Shown piece by piece: positions 1 through 10,183 of a DNA stretch of 64,000 nt; within the stretch, counting starts at the first letter, position 1, and each line of letters opens with the position of its first letter. The notes under the pieces are model-generated. The model saw nothing but the letters and a program-made list of their open reading frames with translations, did no database searches and was not told the DNA's origin. Source of the DNA: Acidobacteriota bacterium (GTDB lineage: Bacteria > Acidobacteriota > Terriglobia > Versatilivoradales > Versatilivoraceae). The DNA is taken from assembly GCA_040753175.1 (NCBI GenBank), contig JBFMEW010000016.1, positions 27,732 to 91,731 on the forward strand, given 5' to 3'. The translations under genes and the position numbers were made by a program.

Positions 1-190
1 CTGGCCCACGAGCTACGTCGGGCGCGCTGAATTCGACCGAAGCCCTCGCTCTGAATTTCTTCCAAGACCGGCGGAAAGAGCGTGCCGCTCTCTGTCGTGG
101 ATTGGCCTGGACCGACACCGCTTGGTGTCGGGTGTTCGGCAAGGGAGCTGCCGGCTTGGCGGCGGCATCGTCTCCCATGAGGAGGCTGGC

Positions 191-2857
191 ATGGATAGCG
201 CCCGCTGGAGTCGAGTGCAAGAGTTGTTTCACCATGCGGTGGACCTCCCTCAGGACGAGCGACGGACCTTCCTCGAGTCCGCCTGCGGCGGTGACGATGA
301 GCTGATCGATCAAGTCCTGGCCATGCTGGAAGAGGACGCTCGTGGCGCTTCGCTTCTGGACCGAGATGTAGCCCAAGTCGCCTGTCAGATCCTCGACCCG
401 CCGAATCCCACGCACTTGCCCTTCGAGGAGTTCGGCCCCTACCGGGTCCGGGGACTCCTGGGTGAAGGTGGAATGGGCGTGGTTTATCTGGCTGAGCGCG
501 AAGACTTGGGCAGCCTGGTAGCCATCAAGATTCTGCGTGACGCCTGGCTCTCACCTTCCCGCCGGGAGCGCTTTGCCAGCGAACAACGAACCCTGGCCCA
601 GCTCAACCATCCCTCCATCGCGAGGTTGTACGACGCGGACAGCCTGGCCGACGGCACCCCCTGGTTTGTCATGGAGTACGTCGAAGGGGTTTCCCTGACG
701 GAATACTGCCGCCAGCGCCGAAGCGCCATCGAAGAACGACTGCAGCTGCTTCGCTCGGTGTGCGAAGCGGTTCAATATGCGCATCGGCATGCCGTCATTC
801 ATCGGGACCTCAAGCCCTCCAACATTCTGGTCAAGGCTGACGGCGGCGTGCGGCTGCTGGACTTCGGAATTGCCAAACAGATGGAAAGCCTGGATGCGGC
901 GGTCGACCAGACGCGAACCGGCCTGCGACTGATGACTCCGGCCTATGCGGCTCCCGAGCAGATTCGTGGCGAACGAGTCGGGATTCATACTGACGTTTAT
1001 GCCCTGGGTGTCGTTCTATACGAATTGTTGACCGGGCGGCTTCCTTTCGACCTGTCAAGCCGGACCCCTTCCGAGGCTGAAGCAATCATCGTGGAACAGA
1101 ACCCGGAGAAACCGTCGGCCGTGGCGCAAGGGGATTCCAGCCCCACCGCCCTGGTCGCGAGCAAGACGGCCTGGGCGGATCTGGACGTTCTGTGCCTGAC
1201 CGCCATGCACAAGGACGTCCAGCGCCGCTACCGGTCGGTGGAAGCCTTGGTTCGGGATATCGATCACTACCTGAATGGGGAACCGCTGGAGGCCCGGCCT
1301 GACACGTTGAACTACAGGCTGGGCAAGTTTGTTCGGCGCAACCGGCGGACGGTCGTGGCGGCTGCCACGGTTCTGGCGGTGGTCATCTCATTGGTGGCCT
1401 TCTACACGATTCGACTTCGAAACGCTCGGAACGAAGCAGTCGCCGAAGCCGCCCGCACCCAGCGGATCCAGCGGTTCATGCTGAACCTGTTCCAGGGAGG
1501 CGACGAGAATGTCGGCCCAGCCGAGAACCTGCGTGTGATCACGCTCATCGATCGGGGGGTGCAGGAGGCTCGCAGCCTGGATGCCGAGCCCGTGATCCAG
1601 GCCGAACTTTACCAGACACTTGGCGACATCTACCAGAAGTTGGGGAAACTGGACCAGGCCGATTCGTTGCTTCGATCCGCTCTCGAAAGGCGCAAGGCCC
1701 TCTTTGGAGAGGCCCATGCGGAAGTCGGAAATAGCCTGGTGGCCCTGGGATTGTTGCGCACCGATCAGGCTCAGCTCGAAGAAGGTGAGCGGCTGGTGCG
1801 AGAGGGGCTCGAAATGGCCCGCCGCACGCTAACTCCTCATCACCCGGTTGTGGCCAAGGCCACAACCTCGCTGGGACAAGTGCTGGAAATCCGGGGCAAG
1901 TATGACGAGGCCATCCAGGTGCTTAAGGAGGCTACCAGACTCCACGAGGCTGCGGGCGAAAGGAATCCCGACCTGGTTGTGGCTTTAAGCGAGTTAGCCA
2001 ACACCCATTTTTACGCCGGTCACTACGACGAAGCCGAGGCGCTGAACCTTCGGACGCTGGCTATCAACCGCAACCTTTACGGCGAACGCCATCCCTATAT
2101 CGCCGACGACCTCATCAACCTCGGGGCCATCCAGTTCGAGCGCGGCCACTTCGGCGAAGCCGAACAGTTTTACCGGCAGGGGCTTGACATCATCCGTTCC
2201 TGGTACGGCAAGGATCATCACCGAACGGCCTCGGCCTTGACCATGCTGGGCCGGTCTCTCGTTTCCCAAGGAAAGCTGGAGGAGGCCGGCGGCCTGATGT
2301 GGGAAGCCCTGCGCATTCACGAGAGCGTGTTTGGTGAAGTCCATCCACGAGTCGCCTCGGCACTCAATGAATTGGGACGACTGGCTCAGCAGCAGAAGAA
2401 ACTCGATGAGGCGGAGGCCCGCTTCCGCCGCATGGCCGATATTTATCGGACGGTTTACAACGATAAGCACTACTACATCGGAGTGGCGCTCTCCAACCTG
2501 GCAGGAGTCTATGTTGAGCGCAAGGAATACGGCCAGGCGGAGCAACTTTACCGGGACGTGCTGCAACGGTACGGCGAAACACTTCCCCCCGGTCATCAAC
2601 TAGTCGGTATTGCCCGGGTCCGCTTGGGTCGCGTGTTACTCCGCCAACAACGCTATCCGGATGCCGAAACTGAGATTCTCGCCGGCTACCGGATTTTGAA
2701 CCAGCAAAGCAGCCCTCCAACCCGCTGGTTGCAGTTTGCCCAGGAGGACCTGGTGAAGCTTTACGAGGCGCTGCAGCAGCCCGATAACGCCGCCAAGTAT
2801 CGGTCCGAGCTGGAAAAGACCTCCAAACAGGCGTCCGTCACCGGACCCGGAAAGTAA
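191..2857 (+). CDS. Ser/Thr protein kinase with one transmembrane segment and C-terminal TPR repeats
   Basis: ATG at 191 is preceded by GAGGAGG; the ORF-track start at 122 is probably too early. Hanks kinase motifs are present: GEGGMGVVYLA, VAIK, HRDLKPSNIL, DFG and APE. A TM helix reads VVAAATVLAVVISLVAFYTI. About 430 aa of TPR-like repeats follow. Confidence 0.92.
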   Translation: MDSARWSRVQELFHHAVDLPQDERRTFLESACGGDDELIDQVLAMLEEDARGASLLDRDVAQVACQILDPPNPTHLPFEEFGPYRVRGLLGEGGMGVVYLAEREDLGSLVAIKILRDAWLSPSRRERFASEQRTLAQLNHPSIARLYDADSLADGTPWFVMEYVEGVSLTEYCRQRRSAIEERLQLLRSVCEAVQYAHRHAVIHRDLKPSNILVKADGGVRLLDFGIAKQMESLDAAVDQTRTGLRLMTPAYAAPEQIRGERVGIHTDVYALGVVLYELLTGRLPFDLSSRTPSEAEAIIVEQNPEKPSAVAQGDSSPTALVASKTAWADLDVLCLTAMHKDVQRRYRSVEALVRDIDHYLNGEPLEARPDTLNYRLGKFVRRNRRTVVAAATVLAVVISLVAFYTIRLRNARNEAVAEAARTQRIQRFMLNLFQGGDENVGPAENLRVITLIDRGVQEARSLDAEPVIQAELYQTLGDIYQKLGKLDQADSLLRSALERRKALFGEAHAEVGNSLVALGLLRTDQAQLEEGERLVREGLEMARRTLTPHHPVVAKATTSLGQVLEIRGKYDEAIQVLKEATRLHEAAGERNPDLVVALSELANTHFYAGHYDEAEALNLRTLAINRNLYGERHPYIADDLINLGAIQFERGHFGEAEQFYRQGLDIIRSWYGKDHHRTASALTMLGRSLVSQGKLEEAGGLMWEALRIHESVFGEVHPRVASALNELGRLAQQQKKLDEAEARFRRMADIYRTVYNDKHYYIGVALSNLAGVYVERKEYGQAEQLYRDVLQRYGETLPPGHQLVGIARVRLGRVLLRQQRYPDAETEILAGYRILNQQSSPPTRWLQFAQEDLVKLYEALQQPDNAAKYRSELEKTSKQASVTGPGK

Positions 2858-2976
2858 ATCTTCCCTTCGCGGCACCGTGACCCGGTCGGCGTCCTGAATT
2901 CCCCTGTCTTTCCCGCCGGCTTGCGGCGGAAGGAACCCGGCAGATCCTCTTTCAGCAATGAGCCTCTTCCTTGAGG

Positions 2977-4245
2977 TCAAGGCGCTTTCGAAGGGCTTCG
3001 TTTAAGGCGTGGTTTGTGGATTCGTCTCAGCTCGGCGGCCAAGTGCCGGATTTCAGTGAGGTCTTTCTGTAATTCGCTCCAGCCATACCAAAGCGCATAG
3101 TCGGGGTTGGCATGAAAAGTTCCCTGAAAGGTTCGCATGCGGTGTTCGAAATGCATGACGAACAGGCGTGTCTCGATCGGAGTGGGAGCGTCATGGAACG
3201 TTAGCAAGTCGGGAAAGGGATAAGCGTAGCTCTGAGGTTTTTTCAAAATCCCGTCGCGGTACAGTCCGGCAACGATCAGGATCGCTTCGGCCATGGCCCG
3301 GTCAGCCTGTTGGATGATTTCATCCCCCTTGGCCAGTTCCTCTCGCGCAAAATTCCCGGAGTGGCACTGATTGCAGGTTTGCAGCATCTTGTCTCGCTCC
3401 GCCTGCCATTCCTCCTGGGTCAGACGGATGACCTTGTTTTGCTTCATCACTTCGAGGCGCGGCGTCGGTTTGCCCTCCGGATCCAACACACCCAGGGCTT
3501 TGAGAATGGTGGTGCGATCCTCAGCCCACTGCTTGTCTTCGGGCATGGGCAGGCGCACGGCCAGAAATCCCCAAGCCGAATGAACGGCGTGATTGCCGTC
3601 TTGCATATGGCAGGTTTGGCAGGTCGGAGCTGAGACGCTGTCGGGCAGCACCTTGCTTTGTCTCAGCAGGGCCCGAACACCATGTTTCGAGGCGGAGTAC
3701 ATCTCCCACTGTGGATGGTCGAAGCCCATGTGGCAGGTTTGACAGGCCTGGGGCTGGCGCGCCTCCTCTTTGGAAAACAGGTGGCGGGTGTGGCAGGCGT
3801 CGCAGGAAGCCATTCCGAATCCCCGTCCTTGTTTGTTCAGCTCCCGAATGTCCTCTTCGGTCTTCAAACCGATCTTATGGCAGCCGCCGCAACCCTTCAT
3901 GCCTTCAGTCAGGGCCATCGGCTGCCAGTGAAAGGTCGGCATCGCTTTCATCGAGGCCCAGCCCAAGGCGTGCTTGCCGGCGCTGAACTGCTCGACCTGA
4001 GTGGGATGGCAGGCGGCACAAGTGTTCGGGGTTGGAATGAGGGCTTTAGCCGCATCGTGCTCGTTCATGTGATCGGTGCCGTGACACACGGCGCATTCCA
4101 CACCGTTCTGACTGTGCTTGCTCAGTTGCCAGTCAGTCACGATGTTGGGCGTTTTGATCTTGTGGCAGTTGACACAGGCGGGATCGGATGGCATCCGGGT
4201 GGGAACCAGCAGGGCCATCGCTACCGTTATTTGGATCCGATTCAT
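2977..4245 (-). CDS. Octaheme c-type cytochrome, hydroxylamine oxidoreductase (HAO)-family-like
   Basis: ATG is preceded by GGAGG. There are eight CxxCH motifs: CVNCH, CAVCH, CAACH, CGGCH, CDACH, CQTCH twice, and CNQCH. The N-terminal CVNCH..W..SKH..CAVCHG and the C-terminal FHANPDYALWYGW tail recall HAO/epsilon-Hao proteins. The family call is from memory and was not searched. Confidence 0.8.
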   Translation of the reverse strand: MNRIQITVAMALLVPTRMPSDPACVNCHKIKTPNIVTDWQLSKHSQNGVECAVCHGTDHMNEHDAAKALIPTPNTCAACHPTQVEQFSAGKHALGWASMKAMPTFHWQPMALTEGMKGCGGCHKIGLKTEEDIRELNKQGRGFGMASCDACHTRHLFSKEEARQPQACQTCHMGFDHPQWEMYSASKHGVRALLRQSKVLPDSVSAPTCQTCHMQDGNHAVHSAWGFLAVRLPMPEDKQWAEDRTTILKALGVLDPEGKPTPRLEVMKQNKVIRLTQEEWQAERDKMLQTCNQCHSGNFAREELAKGDEIIQQADRAMAEAILIVAGLYRDGILKKPQSYAYPFPDLLTFHDAPTPIETRLFVMHFEHRMRTFQGTFHANPDYALWYGWSELQKDLTEIRHLAAELRRIHKPRLKRSPSKAP

Positions 4246-4376
4246 AGGACCTCCACAAGCGGTCTGCCGCTCCGGTTACGGGCGGATCGAGTCTTGGAGT
4301 TCTGTCGTGATAAACGGGATGATACACAGTCCCAAGGCGGCAGGGAAGAAAGACCGGCTAAACAGCGAAGCCTTCA

Positions 4377-5780
4377 CTACTGCGCCAGCCGGCGAAGGAT
4401 GGCGTGACTGGCCACGGGTCCCAAGGCCAGGCTTCCGAAGGCGTCCTGCACATAGGTGGGACGGCGCATTCCAATCAGGACGCAAGACATTCCCTTGAGC
4501 CGAAGGAGGACATTGACCGCCATCTGGCTGAGAGTCGAATCGGTCTTCGGATAACCGGCCTGGAGGAGGCTTTGTCGAACTTGGTCCGAGACGACCTGTT
4601 GTTTTGATCGAAGGAAGCGCTCCACCTCTTCGAACGTCGAGCTCAGAGTTCGGAAGAACTGGTCCAAGGCTTGTTTTCTGACGTCCGGCGCTGCGATGCT
4701 CCCTTGGACCTGAGCGATCCAGCTCTGCAGGGGCGGCAAGATGTAACGTTGGAAGACCGCATCCCAGTGATCCGGTGACGGGACCTGGGGCACGATGTGT
4801 TGAAGGTGCTCCGCCAGTCCTGTGTTACCGTGCATGAGCGTACCGTCGCAGTGGACGGCCAGTGCCTTCTCGGCGGTTTCCAGTGGGCTGAGGAGCTTGA
4901 CCAGTTCCTCGATTCCGGGCGGTTCAGCCCCCGCCACCGTGAAGTCGGCGAGGCGGATGAGCTGGTTCCGGTGAAAAGAATTGAGAGGACGATTGGCCAG
5001 AACCCCTAAGCCGTGCTGCTCACAGAATTCGAGGCAGGTCAAACCTTCATTATTGACGTGGAGGGCGCCTCCAGGCTCAAACAGGTTCACCGGCAATTGG
5101 ACCACTGCGAAGTGGTGGTTTGAGGAGACACTGAGGGCCTGCTCCAGGCAGCGGCTGACACTGGTCATCGTGGGATCTGAGAGGGGCATCCCGAAGTGGT
5201 TGGAGCTGATTCCATACCAGCGAATGCGCCCGGCGCTGACCTGGCTTTCCAAGAAAGAAAAGGCTCCAGCGATGCGCCGGTAGAATTCGTCATGGTCCGC
5301 GGGAGTGACCTTTCCTTGGTGACTCCGATGGCTGAGAAAATACTCGGGGTTGTGCAGAAGAAAGACGTCGAGGCACTCGATCCCCAGGCGCTGCGACGAG
5401 CGTGTGATCTGGGTTTCCAGAAAGTCCGGATGAATGCAGTGCCAGAGTCCCTCGCCGTAGTGAACCACTTCCGGAAAGGACCTCGACTGGGCCAACGTCA
5501 TGTTTTGACCTTGGATGTACCCCGCCTTGGTCACCATGATGACGTCTTTGGGCGAGATGTCCTTGATTGTGGTTCCCACCAGGGTCTCGGACGATCCGTC
5601 GGTGTAGTTGGAGCTGGTATCGATGAGGTTCCCACCCTTCTCGAGGTAGAGTCGCAGAGCGGCCTCATGGTCGGCGATCCCCTCGGCGATGCGATAGCAG
5701 CCAAAACCCAGCGGGTGGCAGGAGAGACCTGTGCGGCCGAGAGGCCGCCGAGATTCTTGGGGAGATGGGTTTACCGTCAT
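4377..5780 (-). CDS. Aldo/keto reductase with about 140-aa C-terminal extension
   Basis: AKR-like N-terminus (GRTGLSCHPLGFGCYRI, NLIDTSSNYTDGSSETLVG, LLHNPEYF). The ORF-track start at 5816 is TTG. The first ATG is at 5780 (MTVNPS). Confidence 0.8.
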   Translation of the reverse strand: MTVNPSPQESRRPLGRTGLSCHPLGFGCYRIAEGIADHEAALRLYLEKGGNLIDTSSNYTDGSSETLVGTTIKDISPKDVIMVTKAGYIQGQNMTLAQSRSFPEVVHYGEGLWHCIHPDFLETQITRSSQRLGIECLDVFLLHNPEYFLSHRSHQGKVTPADHDEFYRRIAGAFSFLESQVSAGRIRWYGISSNHFGMPLSDPTMTSVSRCLEQALSVSSNHHFAVVQLPVNLFEPGGALHVNNEGLTCLEFCEQHGLGVLANRPLNSFHRNQLIRLADFTVAGAEPPGIEELVKLLSPLETAEKALAVHCDGTLMHGNTGLAEHLQHIVPQVPSPDHWDAVFQRYILPPLQSWIAQVQGSIAAPDVRKQALDQFFRTLSSTFEEVERFLRSKQQVVSDQVRQSLLQAGYPKTDSTLSQMAVNVLLRLKGMSCVLIGMRRPTYVQDAFGSLALGPVASHAILRRLAQ

Positions 5781-5894
5781 CGAAACACCCAATAGGACCC
5801 TTTCAAGCCGCCGCAAGCAAGCGATGAGCCGGTTGGGAAACCGCGAACGACCGGACGATAGGCCGGCAACCCGCGTTAGTCGGCCCGAGTGTTG

Positions 5895-7307
5895 CTAGAG
5901 GTTCACGCCCAAGCCAAAGGCCTCGCCCGCGGCGTCCATTGTGGCCTCGGACAGCGTGGGATGCGCATGAACCGTGTTGAGGATTTCTTCGTAAGTGGCT
6001 TCCAGGGTCTTGGCCAGCGCCAGCTCGGCAATCATCTCCGTGGCTTCACTGCCCAGGATATGGGCTCCGAGCAGCTCGCCATACTTGGCCTCGAAGATCA
6101 GTTTCACCAAACCCTCTGTTTCTCCCGTGGCTCGCGCCTTGCCGCTGGCCAGGAAAGGAAACCGGCCGATCTTGATCTCATAGCCCTTGTCGCGCGCTTT
6201 CTCTTCCGTCAGTCCAACGCTGGCTACCTGGGGCTGGCAATAAGTGCAACCAGGAATCTTGTCGTAGTCAATCCGTCGCCCGTCCTTCACGCCTGCCATG
6301 GCTTCAACGGCCACAATCGCTTCGGTGGAAGCCACGTGCGCCAGCCAGGGCGGACCGATCACGTCACCGATGGCCGAGACATTCTCTGCGCTGGTTCGAA
6401 ATTGATTGTCGACCTGGATAAATGACTTCTCGATCTTGACGCCGACCTTCTCCAGGCCCAGGTCTTCCGTGTTGCCCCGAACGCCGATGGCCATCAGCGC
6501 GATGTCCGCCGTCAGGCTGCTCTTCTCGTCCTTGGCATTGACCATGGTGGCTTCGATTCCCCCGCCGGTAGCACCCAGAGACTCCACCTTGGTCTCTGTG
6601 TGGACCTGAATGCCCCGCTTCTTGAAAGATTTCAACAACAGGTTTGAGATCTCGCGATCTTCGATGGGAAGGATGGTCGGCATCATTTCCACCAGGGTCA
6701 CTTCCGTGCCGAAGGCGTGGTAGAAGTACGCAAACTCCACTCCAATGGCGCCGGCGCCGATGATGAGCATTTTCTTGGGCACCTGTTTCTGGATCATGGC
6801 TTCGGTACTGCCGATGATCCGTTGGCCGTCGAATTCCACTCCCGGCAAGGTTCTGGGTCGGGCGCCGGTGGCCACCAGGACACGTGTCGTCGAGAGGGTC
6901 TCCTTGACCTGGCCCTTCTCGTCCAGAATCTCAACACGCTGCTTGCCTGCCAGACGCGCTTTTCCAAAGAACGTAGAGATGTTGTTCTTCTTCATGAGGA
7001 AGCCCACGTTCTTCGAGATCCGGTCGGCGACCGAGCGACTGCGGTCAATCACTTTGGAAAAATCGAAACGAAGGTTGTCGTGGGAGATGCCCCACTCTTC
7101 GCTGTGCTGAAAGAGCTGGTAAATTTCGGCGTTCTTGAGCAAAGCCTTGGTTGGAATGCAACCCCAGTTCAGGCAGATGCCCCCCAGCTTGTCTCTCTCC
7201 ACAATGGCTGTCTTCATGCCGAGCTGGGCGCCCCGGACGGCGGCAACGTAGCCTCCGGGTCCGGAACCGATCACGACGAGATCATAGGTGTTGGGATTCT
7301 TGTTCAC
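5895..7307 (-). CDS. lpdA: Dihydrolipoyl dehydrogenase (E3), copy 1
   Basis: FAD motif GSGPGGY, redox disulfide CLNWGCIPTK, NAD motif IIGAGAIGVEFA, and C-terminal HAHPTLSE. GTG start is preceded by GGAG. Confidence 0.92.
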   Translation of the reverse strand: MNKNPNTYDLVVIGSGPGGYVAAVRGAQLGMKTAIVERDKLGGICLNWGCIPTKALLKNAEIYQLFQHSEEWGISHDNLRFDFSKVIDRSRSVADRISKNVGFLMKKNNISTFFGKARLAGKQRVEILDEKGQVKETLSTTRVLVATGARPRTLPGVEFDGQRIIGSTEAMIQKQVPKKMLIIGAGAIGVEFAYFYHAFGTEVTLVEMMPTILPIEDREISNLLLKSFKKRGIQVHTETKVESLGATGGGIEATMVNAKDEKSSLTADIALMAIGVRGNTEDLGLEKVGVKIEKSFIQVDNQFRTSAENVSAIGDVIGPPWLAHVASTEAIVAVEAMAGVKDGRRIDYDKIPGCTYCQPQVASVGLTEEKARDKGYEIKIGRFPFLASGKARATGETEGLVKLIFEAKYGELLGAHILGSEATEMIAELALAKTLEATYEEILNTVHAHPTLSEATMDAAGEAFGLGVNL

Positions 7308-7415
7308 GGGATCTCCAGGATGAGTGCCGGGCCCAAGGTCCAGCCCGATCGAGACCAGTTGAAAGTAGAATGAATACCACCGGACCGCCGACTCGAGAGC
7401 GGGGTGCCGGCCGGG

Positions 7416-8798
7416 TCAGATGTGAATGGCCTCGCCGAAGGCTGCAGCCGTAGCTTCATGCACGGCTTCGCTCAGGGTTGGATGGGCGTGAATGGTTGCT
7501 TCGATTTCTTCATAAGTGGCTTCCAGGGTCATGGCCACGCCCAATTCGGCGATCAATTCGGTGGCCTCAGCGCCGATGATGTGAGCGCCGAGGATCTCTC
7601 CCAGCGGCTGGCCGATCACGAGCTTCACAAAGCCATCGGCTTCGCCTACCGCCAAGGCCTTGCCACTGGCCCGGAAGGGGAAGCGCCCCACGCGGAATTG
7701 CTTGCCCTGTTCGCGTGCGGCCTGTTCCGTCAGACCGATACTGGCCACCTGAGGTTGACAGTAGGTACAGCCGGGGAAAATGGTCACGCGTTTGGGAGTG
7801 CGATCGGTGTAGAGTCCTTCCACGGCCTGGATCGCTTCGTAGCTGGCTACGTGAGCCAACCAGGGAGGGCCGATCACGTCTCCTGCGGCGTAAATTCCTC
7901 GCACCGAGGTTTCGTAGCGCTCGTTGACCTTGATGAATCCTCGTTCCAAGGTAAAGCTCAGCCCGGGAGGCAAGAGCGCCTCTACGCCGATTGCCACCAG
8001 CGCCACATCGGCTTTGATGGTTTCAGTTTGGGCACCGCTCAGCTTCAGCTCCACACCTTTGGAAGAGGTCTTGCCGCTCTCGAATTTGGTGCCGAGCAGC
8101 ATCTTGATGCCCTGCCGCTGGAACGAACGCTCCAGCGCCTGCGAGATCTCCTGATCTTCCACCGGGAGGATATGGGGCATCATCTCGACGAGTGTCACCT
8201 TGGTCCCAAAGGCGTTGTAGAAGTAGGCGAACTCGACCCCAATGGCACCTGCTCCAATGATGACCATCGAAGCGGGTTGCTTCGGCAGGCTCATCGCCTC
8301 GCGACTGCTGAGGACGGTGGTGCCGTTGAAGGGTAGTCCAGGCAAGGGCCGCGGGCGAACGCCGGTGGAGACGAGAATGTTCTTGCCGCGCAGCGTGCGC
8401 CCCTCGCCTTCCTTGGGCCGGACGGAAACGCTGTCGGGCGCTGAAATCGTTCCTTCCCCCACCACGTAGTCCACTTTGTTTTTGCGGAACAGCGACTCGA
8501 TCCCACCGGCGAGCTGATCGGCGACTTTTTGGCTGCGTCCGATGATTTTCTGCCAGTCATAGCTGAGGTCGCCGTTGATTTTGAATCCAAAGTCACCGGC
8601 TCGGTGCTGGATGAGCTGATAAAGCTCGGCGTTGCGCAAGAGAGACTTGGTGGGAATGCAGCCCCAGTTAAGGCAGATGCCACCTGCTCTTTCCTTTTCG
8701 ATGCAGGCGACCTTCTTGCCCAACTGGGCGGCTCGAATGGCCGCCACATAACCGGCTGGACCGCCGCCTACCACCAGCAGATCGTACCTATCGCTCAT
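7416..8798 (-). CDS. lpdA: Dihydrolipoyl dehydrogenase (E3), copy 2 (tandem paralog)
   Basis: It carries the same motif set as copy 1: GGGPAGY, CLNWGCIPTK, IIGAGAIGVEFA, HAHPTLSE. ATG at 8798 (MSDRYDLLVV) is preceded by AAGGAAG. Confidence 0.92.
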   Translation of the reverse strand: MSDRYDLLVVGGGPAGYVAAIRAAQLGKKVACIEKERAGGICLNWGCIPTKSLLRNAELYQLIQHRAGDFGFKINGDLSYDWQKIIGRSQKVADQLAGGIESLFRKNKVDYVVGEGTISAPDSVSVRPKEGEGRTLRGKNILVSTGVRPRPLPGLPFNGTTVLSSREAMSLPKQPASMVIIGAGAIGVEFAYFYNAFGTKVTLVEMMPHILPVEDQEISQALERSFQRQGIKMLLGTKFESGKTSSKGVELKLSGAQTETIKADVALVAIGVEALLPPGLSFTLERGFIKVNERYETSVRGIYAAGDVIGPPWLAHVASYEAIQAVEGLYTDRTPKRVTIFPGCTYCQPQVASIGLTEQAAREQGKQFRVGRFPFRASGKALAVGEADGFVKLVIGQPLGEILGAHIIGAEATELIAELGVAMTLEATYEEIEATIHAHPTLSEAVHEATAAAFGEAIHI

Positions 8799-8858
8799 AA
8801 AAGCTTCCTTTGAAGGGAGAATTCGGGTCATCGACCGGAGCAGCCGCTCCAGCGGATC

Positions 8859-10157
8859 TCAGATCAGCATGAGGGCTGGATTCTCGATCAATTGGCGAAG
8901 CTCCTGCAAGAAGCGAGCTCCGACCGCACCGTCCACCACACGGTGGTCGCAAGACAGCGTCACGCTCATACGCTGACCCACCACGATTCGGTCCTGTGCG
9001 TCGACGACCGGCTTCTTCGTGACACTGCCAACAGCCAGAATGGCGGCCTGGGGCGGGTTGATGATGGCCTGGAAGAAATCGATTCCTAAGGGTCCCAGAT
9101 TGGAAATGGTAAAAGTCCCTCCCTGGTATTCTTCGGGCTTGAGCTTTCGCGCCCGGGCGCGACTCGCCAAATCACGCGCCTCTGAACTGATCTGCCTCAG
9201 GGACTTCATTTCGGCGTTGCGAATGACCGGAGTGATGAGCCCTTCCTCCAGACTGACCGCGAATCCCAGGTGGATCGGCAGGTACTTGACGATTCCATCT
9301 GCCGAAAACGAGGAGTTGACTTGGGGTACCCTTCGCAGGGCTTCCACGCAGGCTTTCAGGATGAAGTCGTTCACGCTCAGCTTGTCGGCCCCGGCAGCTT
9401 CCAGGGAGGCGTTGGCCTGGGCGCGAAGCGCCATGAGGGGGCCGGCATCGTACTCGGCCGTCAGGTAGAAATGCGGAACCTGACTCTTGCTTTCGACCAT
9501 CCGCTGAGCAATCACCCGACGCATGGGGGTCAAAGCAATCGTCTCGAATTCCGCCTCGGGAGTCGGCGCGGGAGCGGTCGCGGCCGGCGGGCTCACCGCC
9601 GCCGAGGGTTGCGATTCAGCTGCCGACAGGACATCTTCCTGAATAATCCGTCCCCCCGGACCGGATCCTTCCACTGCGGCCAGATCGATGCCCAGCTTGG
9701 CGGCCAGCTTGCGTGCAAGTGGGGAGGCCTTGATTCGGCCGTCCGTCTTGACCGGCTCGGGCGGGTGAGGCAAGGCTTGAGAGTATCCTTCCTCACGACC
9801 CGCCAGCTCACGCGCTCTCCGGACTTCGGAGGCCTTGGGTTTGGGAAGTACCACCGGCTCTTGAGCGATCCGCCGCTTGGGCAGAGCCTCCACCTTTTCC
9901 ACCGGGGTGGCAGGCGACTCCCCCTCTTCGCCGATCAGGGCGATCGGTTCCCCGACGGCAACCTTGTCGCCCTCTTTGACGTAGATGGCCTTCATCACGC
10001 CCTCGTCGAAGGCCTCGAACTCCATGGTCGCTTTGTCGGTTTCAATTTCGGCAACCACGTCACCCATGCTGACGACGTCACCTTCCTTCTTGAGCCAGCG
10101 CACGATGACGCCTTCGGTCATGGTGTCGCTGAGTTTCGGCATGATGATTTGAGCCAT
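8859..10157 (-). CDS. pdhC: Dihydrolipoamide acetyltransferase (E2) of a 2-oxoacid (pyruvate-type) dehydrogenase complex
   Basis: Lipoyl domain ([23 protein letters not shown]), E3-binding domain ([24 protein letters not shown]) and catalytic DHRVVDG motif. Confidence 0.9.
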   Translation of the reverse strand: MAQIIMPKLSDTMTEGVIVRWLKKEGDVVSMGDVVAEIETDKATMEFEAFDEGVMKAIYVKEGDKVAVGEPIALIGEEGESPATPVEKVEALPKRRIAQEPVVLPKPKASEVRRARELAGREEGYSQALPHPPEPVKTDGRIKASPLARKLAAKLGIDLAAVEGSGPGGRIIQEDVLSAAESQPSAAVSPPAATAPAPTPEAEFETIALTPMRRVIAQRMVESKSQVPHFYLTAEYDAGPLMALRAQANASLEAAGADKLSVNDFILKACVEALRRVPQVNSSFSADGIVKYLPIHLGFAVSLEEGLITPVIRNAEMKSLRQISSEARDLASRARARKLKPEEYQGGTFTISNLGPLGIDFFQAIINPPQAAILAVGSVTKKPVVDAQDRIVVGQRMSVTLSCDHRVVDGAVGARFLQELRQLIENPALMLI

Positions 10158-10183
10158 GGTCGGAGGATTCCTGGAAGAGTGTA

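Noticed and set aside
1-30. The frame-1 tail LAHELRRAR(stop) at the left edge could be the C-terminus of an ECF sigma factor of the type that precedes such kinases.
   Set aside because: Only nine codons are visible, which is far too little to support a call.
2913-2929. The hairpin CCGCCG-GCTTG-CGGCGG between the convergent kinase and cytochrome genes could be a bidirectional terminator.
   Set aside because: There is no U-tract on either strand and the stem is short. This is not enough to call an intrinsic terminator.
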